Assembly (NCBI GenBank): GCA_040285855.1
Contig: JAUFOQ010000002.1
Span: forward strand, 1,674,001-1,738,000
DNA length: 64,000 bases
Reading direction: 5' to 3'
DNA from: Eukaryota sp. GEM-RC1
Lineage: Eukaryota
The position numbers and the translations under genes are program-made. The notes beneath the pieces were generated by a model, which was not told the origin of the DNA, did no database searches, and saw nothing but the letters and a program-made list of their open reading frames with translations. Shown here piece after piece: positions 13,871 to 25,488 of this stretch; the stretch's first letter is position 1, and each line of letters begins with the position of its first letter.

Positions 13871-14371
13871 TGTCATTTTCAAACTACTTTGAAGGTTCAT
13901 GTAGACATTGATTAAATAGCCAACAGCATACAGTTGTTCTAACTACACTGAATTATTCCAAAACTTACTTTAGTCGGTACCCAATAAGGTTACCTTCCTA
14001 CAAAACTATGAAATTGCAAAAATACACAAATAATACTAAGACTAAATCCATACAAAATGTTTGAAATGACACAAGTGTCATCTAAGCGTTGAATTTAAGC
14101 ACTTTCATATGTGTACTCCCTCACCCAAAGTGCAATTACTGAAAATGTTTCCTTTTCACAATAATTTTTTGTTGTTCATCTATGATCCTTCACTAGAAAA
14201 TCAACTTCTGAGCCGTTATAAACTGACTTGTTGATAGAATAGACCTCCAACGACACGAAAAGTTCATACTATATGATTGTAAGCCCATCTTTATAATCAA
14301 GGACAGAAGTAACTTCATTTGGTGTTTGTTTGATAAGTTCTGTATGTATTTGACCTGTAGACTGTTGACAC

Positions 14372-15716
14372 CATAGTTCGAAATGCGCACGGCACGTTCG
14401 GTCACGTACTCCGTACGCGCACGTGCGGAATACGTGCGGGTTCTTCTTGCCGTATTCCAACGTATTCTTCTTTTTGATATTCTTTTCTGTTAACCAGCAC
14501 CTATTTTACATTATGAAATGTAATTTATTGATGAAACAAAAACTATAACTCTTCGTTAAGGTTAGGATTCACAACAATATGGTGTTCTGGATCATCTTCA
14601 AGAATGACATGGTCCTCATCTTGAGGTTCAGCAATAAGGTGATCAATTTCCCAGGGGATCACAAGATCTTTTTCAGCGATTTTGATAATCTGGTGCTTCA
14701 GTCTTTGATTGGCGTAAAGAAATACCAAATCATTCAGGAGTGAAGCTTTCATCCTATTGCGTTTCTTGGTTTTATTGTTGGAGTGCGCAATCCAATTTCT
14801 CTCGACAGCACCAATAGAAGCTGATTGACTTACAATTTTGATTACTACTTAACGAAGAATACCATCCCGTGCGCCATTTTTTTCACACTAAAATTTGGGT
14901 GAGCATTTCTCCATTTTTGACATGATGGTTGTTTTTTTTGTAAAAGCTACATTTGTTATCGTAATCATAAAACTCATATAGAGTATCAGTGTAATGTTCT
15001 AATGTAATGCACCATATGATAAAAGAAATGCAACACGTGTTTATGTAAGAATACGGTATTCTCGCACGTGTTCTGCCGTACTCCATACGCGCACGCAGGC
15101 TTGTCAGTTGATAAAAAACGCTTAAAACGTATTTTGAAAAAAAAGACGTTTTTTATTATAGTCAAAGTTTTTTATATTCTGGAGTGACACAAAAGAACGA
15201 CTTTCTACTCCACTTTTGTCTTATTATGTCATGTGTTCTTTCAGGTGAGTTGTTTTTGACCAAGCAAGACAGAAACAAGGCAAGGGTATTTGTTGGTGTC
15301 ACTATTACTGGTACAGTATATACTCTTTGGTTATGTATCTGAGTGAAACCACCTTCAGGTACACTCGAACAGTGTTCTTGTTGCACATATCTGGTTATCT
15401 TCCCGTCCTGACCACGTCATCATCGGCAGATGAGCACTATACTTCATCTCCATGGTGTTCTTCTTCCAATCTCAAAAGAACATAGCTGCAATGACCGAAC
15501 TATGAAAGATTTGGTTGATGAAAATGAAGTGAGAAAACAGTGAAAAGTTGAAAAAGTTGATCTGCCCTTTTTGAACGTTTTTTACTAAATTCGAAAAAAA
15601 CGTAAAAAACGATAAAAAACGTCGTTTTTTATTTTTGAGCAACGTTTTTTACAAGCCTGCGCGCACGTGCGGAATACGTGCGGCAACTGAATAACACGTT
15701 CGCATTTCGAACTATG
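14372..15716 (-). mobile_element. hAT deletion derivative retaining a transposase dimerisation-domain remnant (14543-14880)
   Basis: TIR CATAGTTCGAAATGCG; TSD GTTGACAC; minus strand reads SASIGAVERNWIAHSNNKTKKRNRMKASLLNDLVFLYAN; CACGTG arrays. Confidence 0.92.
15096..15659. mobile_element. Non-autonomous hAT element (AAAACG-array family), third nesting level
   Basis: TIR CAGGCTTGT; TSD CGCGCACG. Confidence 0.88.
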
Positions 15717-16093
15717 GTTGACACTAAGTCGTATTGAACTGATGAAACCGGTACATCTTAGTTTATAGGAGCTACTATTTAGAAATAATGACCTTGAGAG
15801 GCATTAGCAACAGTACATCATCAAGATTCAACTTTTTCCTTGTGATGTGTGGCTTCTCTGAGTTTGGATCAGAGAAAACATCTGTATATCAGCTGGAAAC
15901 GGAACACGGTTGAATACATTAAGTGCAGACTGATCGGTAGATCATATCGCTTGATGATGAATTGAAGCCAAAAGTGCTGAAACCAACATCGAGACCAACA
16001 GTGTGTTATATGTGAAGTTCATGATGTAGGTAGGATGAGAAGTGGTGTGAAAACAAGATGTAAGAGAGTGTGAAAGACCAAAAAATGTGAGAT

Positions 16094-16215
16094 TAGAGTT
16101 GCCGTCGACTCGACTCGACTCGACTCAGATAAGTGTGAGTACGCTCGAACTCGACTCACAAAACTACGAGTACGCTCGCACTCGCACTCGATTGGAGTCG
16201 AGCGTACTCAGTATG
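16094..16215. repeat. CTCGA tandem array, probable solo hAT end
   Basis: TAGAGTTGC followed by (ACTCG)n; no matching right TIR seen. Confidence 0.5.
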
Positions 16216-18387
16216 CAGACTCAATGTCAATTTGTTTACCTCATCGTTTGTCAACAGTTTACTGATCAGATAATGTAGAATGTTTGTTAAACAAACACCA
16301 AGTGATGTGACTTTACTCTTGAATATTAAGATGGATTTACAACCTATATGATACGAACTTTTCTGACGTTTGAAGTCGATTATGTCTACAAAGAAGTTCA
16401 TAACGAAAGTAGAAATTACCTGATTTTTCTCTGAAGGAACATAGATGAACACCAAACTTTATTGTGAAGAGGAGAATAAGAAATTGAAAATAACCGTTCT
16501 AGTTACTACAGTACACAGATAGATCATAAAGGTAACTCGAAGCCATTAGCAGCCCAAGACCTAACACTCAAGAGGGCTCGTACAATTTTGGGGTGGAGAC
16601 GTAATCATTAGAAGGTGGAAGAGTTGGTAATGTAATGTAGAATGTAACTTCCGATCATGTTTTTGATGGTTTTCATAACAAAACTCACATTTTTGACTTC
16701 ACATATCTATATCCTATTGCTACAACATCTTTGATGGCTCACGTGTTGTGAATTATCACTTGGCTAAGACAATCTCATGTGTTCTGGTCAGATCTTATTC
16801 CTTATAATCTCCTCCCCCTCGAACCACTCTAGATCATGTCAAACAATGTTTTGGTCTTGTCTGTGGAGGAAAATTGTGTTGAGAGGGAAGCTCTCTCAAA
16901 AACAGTCACTTCCCCTCAGTAACGCCTTTTCAGCATTCCTCCTTCATCACAATCACCAGAAATTCTGTTGTGCACTAGTACGTTCATAGTTCTCTCCTAT
17001 TTGAATGTTGGTGAACATTTTTTCCTCCAAATAACGCTTATCCGCTTGCTGTGAGTCATAGCACTTCATCCTCGTCCTAGATAGGCGCTTTGAAAGTTAT
17101 TGCCTTCCTTTTATCGCGATCTGTGATCCTGTACAAGATCATTGCTCTGGTGATCTTAGCCTTTACACTTTCACTCTATAGTTGTTATCTGTTGATAAAA
17201 GCTGGAAGCAGTGGTCAAACTCTCTGTAGTAGTTCATATTCATCAAAATTGTCACAATGTCTCCTTGTTTTTCCCCAAACATCTGTTCACCTAACTGGTG
17301 ATAGATCCAGCTCCAATTCTCCCTTCAATTGACGCACGGTTGTCTTAGCTTGTTGTTTTATTTGTTATAAACGATCGACGATCGCTGTTCATTCTATAAA
17401 AACCAAACCCTCCGAATAAGTCCACCCTCCCAATAAGTCTGGTCCGACACCTGGTCATATTGGGAGGGTAGACTGTACTTCTCAACTATGGTTTCAGTGA
17501 TCACCGGTGATGAATTGCTAAAAGTAGTTTTGTATTTGTGTGTACTTTTTGGTGAGTGTTTTCATTATAAACGTGCTGAATAGCAGTTGGTATTTCATAA
17601 ACGGTTATCACAAATACCTTTGTTATAACACGTGATAGTATGTTATCACATTTTGTTATTGTGATTGTGTGATAACATGTGATCACAAATGGTAGTTGGT
17701 TGTTATCAACAAGTATGCTCTAAATTGCTAACAAAAGGGAAAACTATTCCGTTATGCACAAGGAGAGACTTAGGATCTCACCAGATCCAGTCTTGGAATG
17801 AAACGACCCCGTTTTGTTAGACAATGATAACCCTGAACAGTGACCCAGACAATTCCTTTTCGATTGTATATCCGCAATCTGATAACTGACCAGGTCAGAA
17901 CCAACTGATAATGGAACTAGAACTCACTGGTATGTTCTAATTACACTATCTGTTGGCTAGTATGGTCCGATGGTTCTGTAATAATTCAAATTTTGCCATC
18001 CGTTCTAATTAAAGTTCTCTTCCGACCGCATTATTTTTAACAAAATAGGTCAATGTAGAAGCTCAACATTTAATGCATGTATGAGAGCAAATGAAAGTTA
18101 CAGTTAAAGTCCTGGATTGACGGAGTGCAATCAAATGAGGAGGAGAGGCATTCATGTTCGTGCTTGGTAGTGGTGTATTCCTATCTTACTAGACCCATTA
18201 TAGACGATAGACGAAGATATCTAAATGCAATATCAATGATCATCTAATATAAACAGAATGCTAGTATACTCTCCGTATACATTCCAAAGTATTGAATAAT
18301 TTACAGCAAGGGAAACAACTAACCCATACCTATTCAACACACATTTGGGAGAAGATAATTATTTATTTTTACAAAACTGACAAAAGA

Positions 18388-19017
18388 TTAAAACATTTCC
18401 CATTCTGTTGTTGGTTTAGTTTCTTTTCTTTTGGTCACCTCACTTGAATCAGACCGAGACCGCGTGGACTGCACAAGAGGAAAGAAAGAAAAGTCGTCAG
18501 TGACAGATGATTTGGGCGAAACAACAGTAGACTTTGGCTTGGAAGGGATGTTGATATTAATTTGTTGTCCTTCCTTCAAGGAAAGATCCAAATCGCGACT
18601 GCTAGAGGTGAAGATGGAGGAAACAGGAGTGCGGGAGTGTTTGAGATGATCCTGGAGACATGCCATGAATTCAAAAGAGTCATTTCGTTGCTTGAACCCC
18701 ATACCAAGATAGGCAAACTTGTCCTCGTGAACCACTTTGATGACATAGTAACGGGAGGAGTCTAGGACGCGTTCAACAGCTTTTGTAAAATTGTCACTAG
18801 TTACAGGGCATTCAGCAAAAAGTTCATCAGTGCGTTCATCTTCTATGCGGACATAAGCAGTTTCCCCAACAGCAGCAACAGTGAGTCTGCCTTTGGTAAG
18901 AAAATTGTTCTCGTTCCATGATCCAGCTATGTATCCATCTGCAGAGGGTCGTGCACCAGGTCTATATACAAGTACTTCGGGAAAGACTTTGAGTATCCTT
19001 TCGAGTTCACAGTTCAT
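18388..19017 (-). CDS. NECAP: Adaptin ear-binding coat-associated protein (NECAP, PHear domain)
   Basis: VLVYRP..GYIAGSW, ELFAECPV, AVERVLDSSRYYVI, AYLGMGF, DLSLKEGQQININI, C-terminal WEMF (WxxF). Confidence 0.92.
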   Translation of the reverse strand: MNCELERILKVFPEVLVYRPGARPSADGYIAGSWNENNFLTKGRLTVAAVGETAYVRIEDERTDELFAECPVTSDNFTKAVERVLDSSRYYVIKVVHEDKFAYLGMGFKQRNDSFEFMACLQDHLKHSRTPVSSIFTSSSRDLDLSLKEGQQININIPSKPKSTVVSPKSSVTDDFSFFPLVQSTRSRSDSSEVTKRKETKPTTEWEMF

Positions 19018-20577
19018 CAATTGATGAAGAGGGAGTGTGAGGAAAATACAAGAAAACGTCCACTACTACTACTGTGCTTTTCACCTGAAATGCATATTTC
19101 ACAACTTTCTTACAGCTCTTTCCCACAGACTTTTCACATCAAAATGCCTTCATATCCGTCTCTTCCTTCCAGTGTCTCTGTAATAGTGTGTCCAAACTCA
19201 TAATCCTTGACTCTCCTGACTCCTTCAAACTGGTATACACTTTTGACATGATCAATGCCAAACATTACATGTCAGTCTTGTTACTTGTAAACCTAAGAGC
19301 TGCATGAAACTACTTATGACTAGATAACAACCATCTTGGGTTCTTACGTGGTAAGCCAATTTCTCTATTTCCTTTGTGTGTAGTCCCGAGTTATCGAAGC
19401 TCTGTGTATACCAGACATGTGTGATCGTTTTATTAGGTAACCGTATGTTTATTCTCAATAAATAGCTAGTGCTGAAAGTACCATAGTCTAACACCATCTT
19501 ACAGATATCATATGAAGAACAGTGGTTCATGAACTGATCACGGACACTGTACACCCACGTAAATAACGGAAAACAAAGTCATGACTCATGAGTGGTCATG
19601 TTATGTTCAACTCAGATGTGGGTATATTCTGTAGAACGAAGATCTGTTTATTGATTAACCCAGGATCGTCGAAAGTGTTGATCCTTGTCCTTGTCTGAAG
19701 TTCCTAGTTAATTCGTAAACCAGAAGTCTTTTCGAAAGATCCCTTAAGAGAGAACCGTGATTGATCGATGGAAGCTGTTGGGTGTCTCTGACTAACAGAT
19801 TCTCCCCGCATATGCACTGAATGAAGATCTAACTAGCGGTAGATACAAAGATACAAAATGTGATGTCCGCGACGCAACAAGCATAGAACATGTGAAGAGT
19901 AGGAGCTTGCGCAGGAGTATAAATATCACCTATCTCGATCATCAAACGGTGACATAAACGTGTCATGAAGACAGGAATGCTGTGAAATCCGAAGATATCA
20001 AGGAGTATAATGGACGGCGTCTAGGAAGAATCCACAGCATCAGTATGATAAAGCCATGAATATGTCTAAACAGTGCGTACTTCTGTATCTTCACTCGCGT
20101 GATGTGTTAGAGTGAAGAGATCTACGTCAGGATCGCAGAGAAGGTCTAAAGATCGAGCAAAGCAGAAAATGATCTGTGTGAAATAATACAATGTGGGGAA
20201 ATTGGAAAAGTCCCACTACTAGTAGCACAAATGCACTTATAAAAATTTCACAGTAACAGGTTCAATGTTTTAATTCATGTTCAACTTCAATTTCTTCCTT
20301 ACTTAAAAACACAACAAATAACTGATAAAAAACAGACTCCTATAATGAACTAGAAATTGGACTGTAAAAATAAGACCGGGATTCACTCTCAGGGAGGCCA
20401 CCGCCTATAGGGTAACACATGCTCTTTTCAGCTTTAACCGTTGACTTTATTCAGAGACAACCAACCTAGTTGAACTAGGTTAACCAACTTCGATTGGATC
20501 ATCTCCATCTTTACCTCACAGTACCCTATGTCTACACTGTTTATTTTCCCACAATGACATTTTTTCTTACTAGTATA

Positions 20578-21086
20578 TCACAATTCAGCAATTGCATCGT
20601 CTAAATCATGAATGTCTTCCTCTTCTTCTGAAGAAGGAAACATATCGTCGTCAGATAATGGAAGGTCGCCTTTAAAGTCTTGTTCCAAATCTTCATCATC
20701 AGCAAATTGAACCATGTCATTCTCCTGTGTTGATGACTGAGTCACTGACAGACTTTCTGGTATTTCTCCCATCTTTTGAGAGCCCTAATCTCGTCATCGT
20801 TGTACTTATGTACTATGTCGACTTTGTTGTCTTGAAACTCACGTAATGAAACTAGTACAATGTCTGACACTCTCATCCAGCATCTTTTTCTTAGTTTGCC
20901 TCGGATGTGAGCAAGTCGTTTCCTTTGAGATGGAAAACATGTTACTTCCACACGAGCGTTTCCCAAAAGTTTCTGACATTGTGCGTATTCCTGCCCTGGC
21001 TCTTTAACTATCAGCTCTCTCTTGAACGGTTCTCCTGCTTTCCCTCTTCTTCGATGTTTGCCCCCTTTACCTTTTCCAATTGGCAT
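20578..21086 (-). CDS. EIF1A: Eukaryotic translation initiation factor 1A; frameshift at the AAAA near 20775
   Basis: [36 protein letters not shown]; adding one A gives LKKMGEIPE plus the acidic tail. Confidence 0.95.
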
Positions 21087-21204
21087 TGAGAAACACTAGT
21101 TTATTGTAGCGGATTTCTTAAAGATCTGTAATCCCCAAAGTTTCATTTTCTGCGGAGTTTGTTAAACAGGCTTAGTAACTTCACGCCACTTTTTCTTAAC
21201 CCTA

Positions 21205-21748
21205 ATGTTATCCAAAATAAAAGTAGCGACCGTAGCTACCGTTTTTGTTCTTCTAGTATCATTTGCGCTTCCAAAAACCCAACCCTGCAATCGCTGTCTT
21301 AGAGGGGTTAAATTGGTATTACCTGCAGGAGTTGATAGGCCAAGTTTGATCTCTTTTTATTTACGGAAAGTATGTAGACTGATCCCCTTAAAGCAACGAC
21401 CTCTGTGCTATCAATTCATTACAAAGAACGATGAGAATCTAGTTGACTTGTATAATAAGAATGAACTTGGTCAAGCTCTTTGTTCTTTTACACAGCAATG
21501 TCAGTCTGAAGATTGTGTCAAATGTTTAAATGCTGCTCATACAATAGCTGGACTGTTACCTAAGGATTTTGATCCTGTGAAGTGGGAACCTGTTGCCATC
21601 AAAGTATGTGAAAAGTACCACGGGAACTTTGGAATTAGGGAAGAAAGAGTGTGTATCATTGACCCATTTAATAGTGACAGAATTAACAAATCTTTTAGGA
21701 ACAGAAGAATTTGAAGATGAACTTTGTCATCGATTGGAGCTTTGTTAA
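21205..21748 (+). CDS. Secreted two-domain saposin-like protein; one extra G at ~21640
   Basis: Signal peptide, CxxC...C...C...C...C saposin spacing; the corrected tail GIRKKECVSL..DELCHRLELC aligns with the paralog at 46950. Confidence 0.8.
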
Positions 21749-22259
21749 TACTGTTGGTTTTAGGTAAGAATTTGTTCGTCTGTAAAATAGAGTTTCATTT
21801 GTTTTGTCAAATGTATCTTCAATACTGGTATATTATCTCCATGTTCTGGATTAATGTTGATTGAGAAGCGACTCTTGTATAAATGGAACAAATCTCAAGT
21901 ACTTATCAACACTATTTAGTACTTGTCAAAGCTAATGTTGAGAGAGAACTGTATTCGGCACCCAATAAGGTATCCTTCCTACAAAACTATGAAATTGATA
22001 AAACAAACAAATAATACTAAGATTAAATCCAAACGATTTCGTCACCACCCGGTAAAAGATTACGTAAGCTAATGTTTGAACGTCTACTAGTATGCCTCAT
22101 CATTTATCTGTACTAAGTGTTTGTGACAGTATAGATTTCGATAAGTCATAAGTATGGAGCAGGGTAACCCCAATTTTCAATTGACACTAACGTCTCCTCA
22201 TTTAAAGTCATTGTCTCAAGACGGACGTAGACGTAAACTACATTATTTTCAAAATTGTA

Positions 22260-22440
22260 ATGTGGTCAAAGCAGAATTTTCAAGCAGATTCTTTGGCATT
22301 GTAAAAAACTGTTCTTTATAGAGAAGTTTTCCACAGTATTTGAATCGAATACTGGACGAAGTGTGTCGTGGTGCAAGAGTAGATGTAGATCATTTGATAT
22401 CTGTTATGTCATTGTATTAGTTGTTTGTATTGAATCATAA
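22260..22440 (+). mobile_element. 3' fragment of a CRE-like retroelement
   Basis: Nucleotide similarity to 44670-44840 (tatttgaatcg..ctggac..agagtagatgt.gatcatt). Confidence 0.6.
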
Positions 22441-22639
22441 AAGTAATCCAATTCAATATCATTTTAAAGTCGCCAAACCACTTTCCAAATATACTATTCG
22501 ACAATCTCTAATCTTGGATCGCCCTACATTGTATCCGGAAAGGGGAGTGTCTGTGTAAAGTTCAAAAAGCGTCAACTGCAGAGCACACTTTTCATTTTAC
22601 CTTTTTAAAAGAATTGTTTTTATGAGTATATTTTTATTA

Positions 22640-23260
22640 TAAATGTAATAGATCAAACAACTAGAATTTGATATCATTAAAACAACACCCGTCGCTATCA
22701 AACCTTACAACAGCTTTGTCCTCATAAAACGAACTCACTGCTAATAAAACTTTGGAGATGATTAGGGGAACTGTTTTAAAAACAGTAAAAACGATCCAAT
22801 TCAACCATAACATATGATCAAAACGTTTGTTCATCCTATTTTTTTACGATTTTTCCGAAATCGTTTAAAAAATTCAATGCACTTTTTCCTAAACGTCCGT
22901 AAATTGAAACGGCAAAGGGCATAATTCGTACTCAACATGTTTTACATGTTTTAAAGCCATCAATGGATTTCTGTACTTATCCTGTTTGGCCTGTTCAGAA
23001 ATGTCTAAAGGAGAAGTTTCAGACGAAGGGTTCTTTAAAGATGTCTTTTTACAAACATCCACTGACACTACATCAACAACAAACAATTTGTCTGAAGAAG
23101 AAGGGACAACAACATCTGCTCTCCGTTTACCAAAAAATTGGTTCTGAATTGTTTTTGTATTTTGATTCGATTTTAAACCATCTCTTTGGATTGAGACATG
23201 AATATGAGATGATGTAGAGGTATTGTTATCTCGTTTGTTACTGTTGATGTTGGTCTGCAA
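22640..23260 (-). mobile_element. Decayed RLE domain of a CRE-like retroelement
   Basis: RRADVVVP..LFVVDVVSVDVC..AKQDKY..LCP. Confidence 0.7.
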
Positions 23261-23332
23261 ATTTATTGAAAATCATAAATCATCATACTTTGGTTATACT
23301 TCTAGTCAGTTGTCCATCTATAACGATCACCA

Positions 23333-23842
23333 ATGAGCGCCATCTTTGAATCTGGTGTGTTTCCGACACCAACTAAGTCTTTAACATCCAAGAAGATGTC
23401 CCGATTTCTTCAACATACTGCCACTTCTAAAAGCACTAAAATGGCATCCTCAGGCGAGCTGGTCACCACAAACAGTCGATGGGAACAGTCTCTGCGAAAC
23501 TCACCCATAGCTTCCACAACACCTTTAAGACACAAACTTCATGTCACAAGTCCTGTTCTCACTGCAATCAGCTCCATTGAAGATGCCATCTCTCGTTATC
23601 GATTCTCTCCTGAATGTTCGGGTGCCATCATTAATTCTCTCAAACACCTTGCTATTGTTCTGAAATCCCAAAGTGTGTCTGCTTCTCTTGATAAACTTGC
23701 CTCGGGATCTCAGAAACCTTCAAAATCTTCCCGCAAGTTTTCTGTTGATCCTAATGCCACCCCTGGTAACGTGTCATCTGTAGTTTTGGACAAGGATCGA
23801 AAGGAGAAGTTGAAGAATGCTATATTGAACGATTTGAGTTAG
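23333..23842 (+). CDS. Hypothetical protein
   Basis: 169-aa ATG ORF with host-like codon usage; no recognised motif. Confidence 0.55.
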   Translation: MSAIFESGVFPTPTKSLTSKKMSRFLQHTATSKSTKMASSGELVTTNSRWEQSLRNSPIASTTPLRHKLHVTSPVLTAISSIEDAISRYRFSPECSGAIINSLKHLAIVLKSQSVSASLDKLASGSQKPSKSSRKFSVDPNATPGNVSSVVLDKDRKEKLKNAILNDLS

Positions 23843-23969
23843 TTTTTCGGTAACTGTTTGTCCAATTCAAATTTCATGTGACATGATTTCATTTGTATAT
23901 TATTTTTGTTATTATTGTATTTTTTGTCGAAATTTTATCCTACTACAGTAGTAGATGATGTATTTTTAA

Positions 23970-25203
23970 ATATTTTTTTCATTAATGGATTTTACTACAG
24001 TAAGTGTAGATGTTTGTAACAAATCTTGTGTTAGTAGCAGGGGTTGGAAAACAATATTTCTATTTAAATATTGAAATAATATTTCGTCCCGTATTGAAAT
24101 ATGTATTTCTTATCATGACTGATTGAAATACTTATTGTTCGTCATGATATTTATTGCAATATTTTTCTTGTTTCTACCAAATTGAAAAAAAGTGCGGACC
24201 ATGTTCTCTACAATTACAGAAGGTACATTTCTTGTATTTGGTGCTGGTTCTTACAGTCACTGAAGGTTTTTGGTTCTTCCCTTTGTTTATAGTGACGTCA
24301 CGTGACACGTAGAATTTCTGAACTTTCTTTCTGTGCTGAACACTTTTCTGCTCCTTTTCGCATGACTTTGAAACCGAAGGACGTGGCATTGTTCAACTTC
24401 AAGCCCATGAATTATTTCCAGCTGACATGATTGCATGGCAATGTAAACAATGCAGTGCCAACCCTTTCATTCTGTTCGTGAAGCATTCCGACTAACGTCC
24501 GTACCCGTTGTTTTGGTTTTTAATATGGTGTGATTCCATAAAATATATACTATGATAAGTACAAAAGTATAGGTAACGTCTTTAGTCATTGAACTCAAAG
24601 AAGAGTTGTGTCACAGATATATTTATTGACTATTGCAATAATTGCAATATTTATTGAGTAGTCAACTGCATTGCAATATTTATTGATTGAACTGAATCTA
24701 TTGAAATATTTATTGTTGGCCATGAAATTTATTTAAATATTTTTTTCCAACCCCTGGTTAGTAGGATATTAGATTCTTCTTTTAATCCGTTAACAGCCGC
24801 TGAAAAGCTCAAACACTCCAAGTATGACTCTCAAGTAGAAGAATTAAATAGAAGCTCATATTCCAAATTTGTGTTTCATCCTTTTGCTGTTTCTCTTTCT
24901 GGATCTATTAGTCCTGCTGGTGATCATTTTTTCAAGGATTTCGAAGAATTGTGCAAAGAAAAGAAGCGTAAGTTTAGAATGGCTGAATGGAAAAACCGTA
25001 TAGTGTTTTCCATATATCAGAATATATCTTTCTATTTCTCTCGATTAATTGAGAAATTGTACAAGTTTGGTGTGAAAGTTAATGTGGAAAAACGTAATCT
25101 TTTACCGGATGGTGATGAAGTCGTTTGGATTTAATCTTAATATTATTTGTTTGTTTTTACAATTTCATTTTTTTGTAGGAAGGTTACCTTATTGGGTACC
25201 GAG
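23970..25203 (+). mobile_element. CRE-like retroelement 3' part interrupted by a hAT insertion
   Basis: MDFTTVSVDVCNKSCVS | ILDSSFNPLTAAEKLKHSKY..FHPFAVSLSGSI..WKNRIVFSIY reads across the insertion. Confidence 0.8.
24038..24756. mobile_element. Non-autonomous hAT element (ATTGAAAT/ATTGCAAT arrays)
   Basis: TIR CAGGGGTTGGAAAA; TSD GTTAGTAG. Confidence 0.92.
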
Positions 25204-25488
25204 TAAAATAATCTTCTTTTGAGAGATATTTGTTTTGCATTATTTTGGAAATACATGTGCTTTATTGTAGAGAAATTGTTCACATTCAAACTTGAAAAAG
25301 GACCTTTTTCTTCCAGTTTTCCCAGTTTTGGCAGCTGTTTTTATGTGAAGATCAGTTTTAAAATTAATACTCTTAATATTTGCTCTATATAGAATCTCTT
25401 AATTTCCAAAAAGAATCCTTAAATGGACTCAAAACTCTTTTGTACAATCATCAAATGAAGAAAAAAAGATTCAAACTGTTAATGTTCA

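Larger units (their letters stand above)
11810..17717. mobile_element. 5.9-kb hAT-derived element containing nested insertions
   Basis: TIR CATACTTGTTGATAAC; TSD CTCTAAAT (11802-11809 / 17718-17725); GATAAC/GTTATC subterminal arrays. Confidence 0.9.

Noticed and set aside
19200..20200. Short ORFs or a retroelement relic
   Set aside because: No recognisable motif, TIR or LTR could be supported
20372..20420. U3 snoRNA or RNase MRP assignment
   Set aside because: AAGAC..CTCAGGGA..CTATAG is only loosely similar; boxes B/C/D and a convincing P4 are missing
20578..21086. eIF1A as a pseudogene or programmed -1 frameshift
   Set aside because: One missing A in a homopolymer, no slippery heptamer, and the same error pattern across the window
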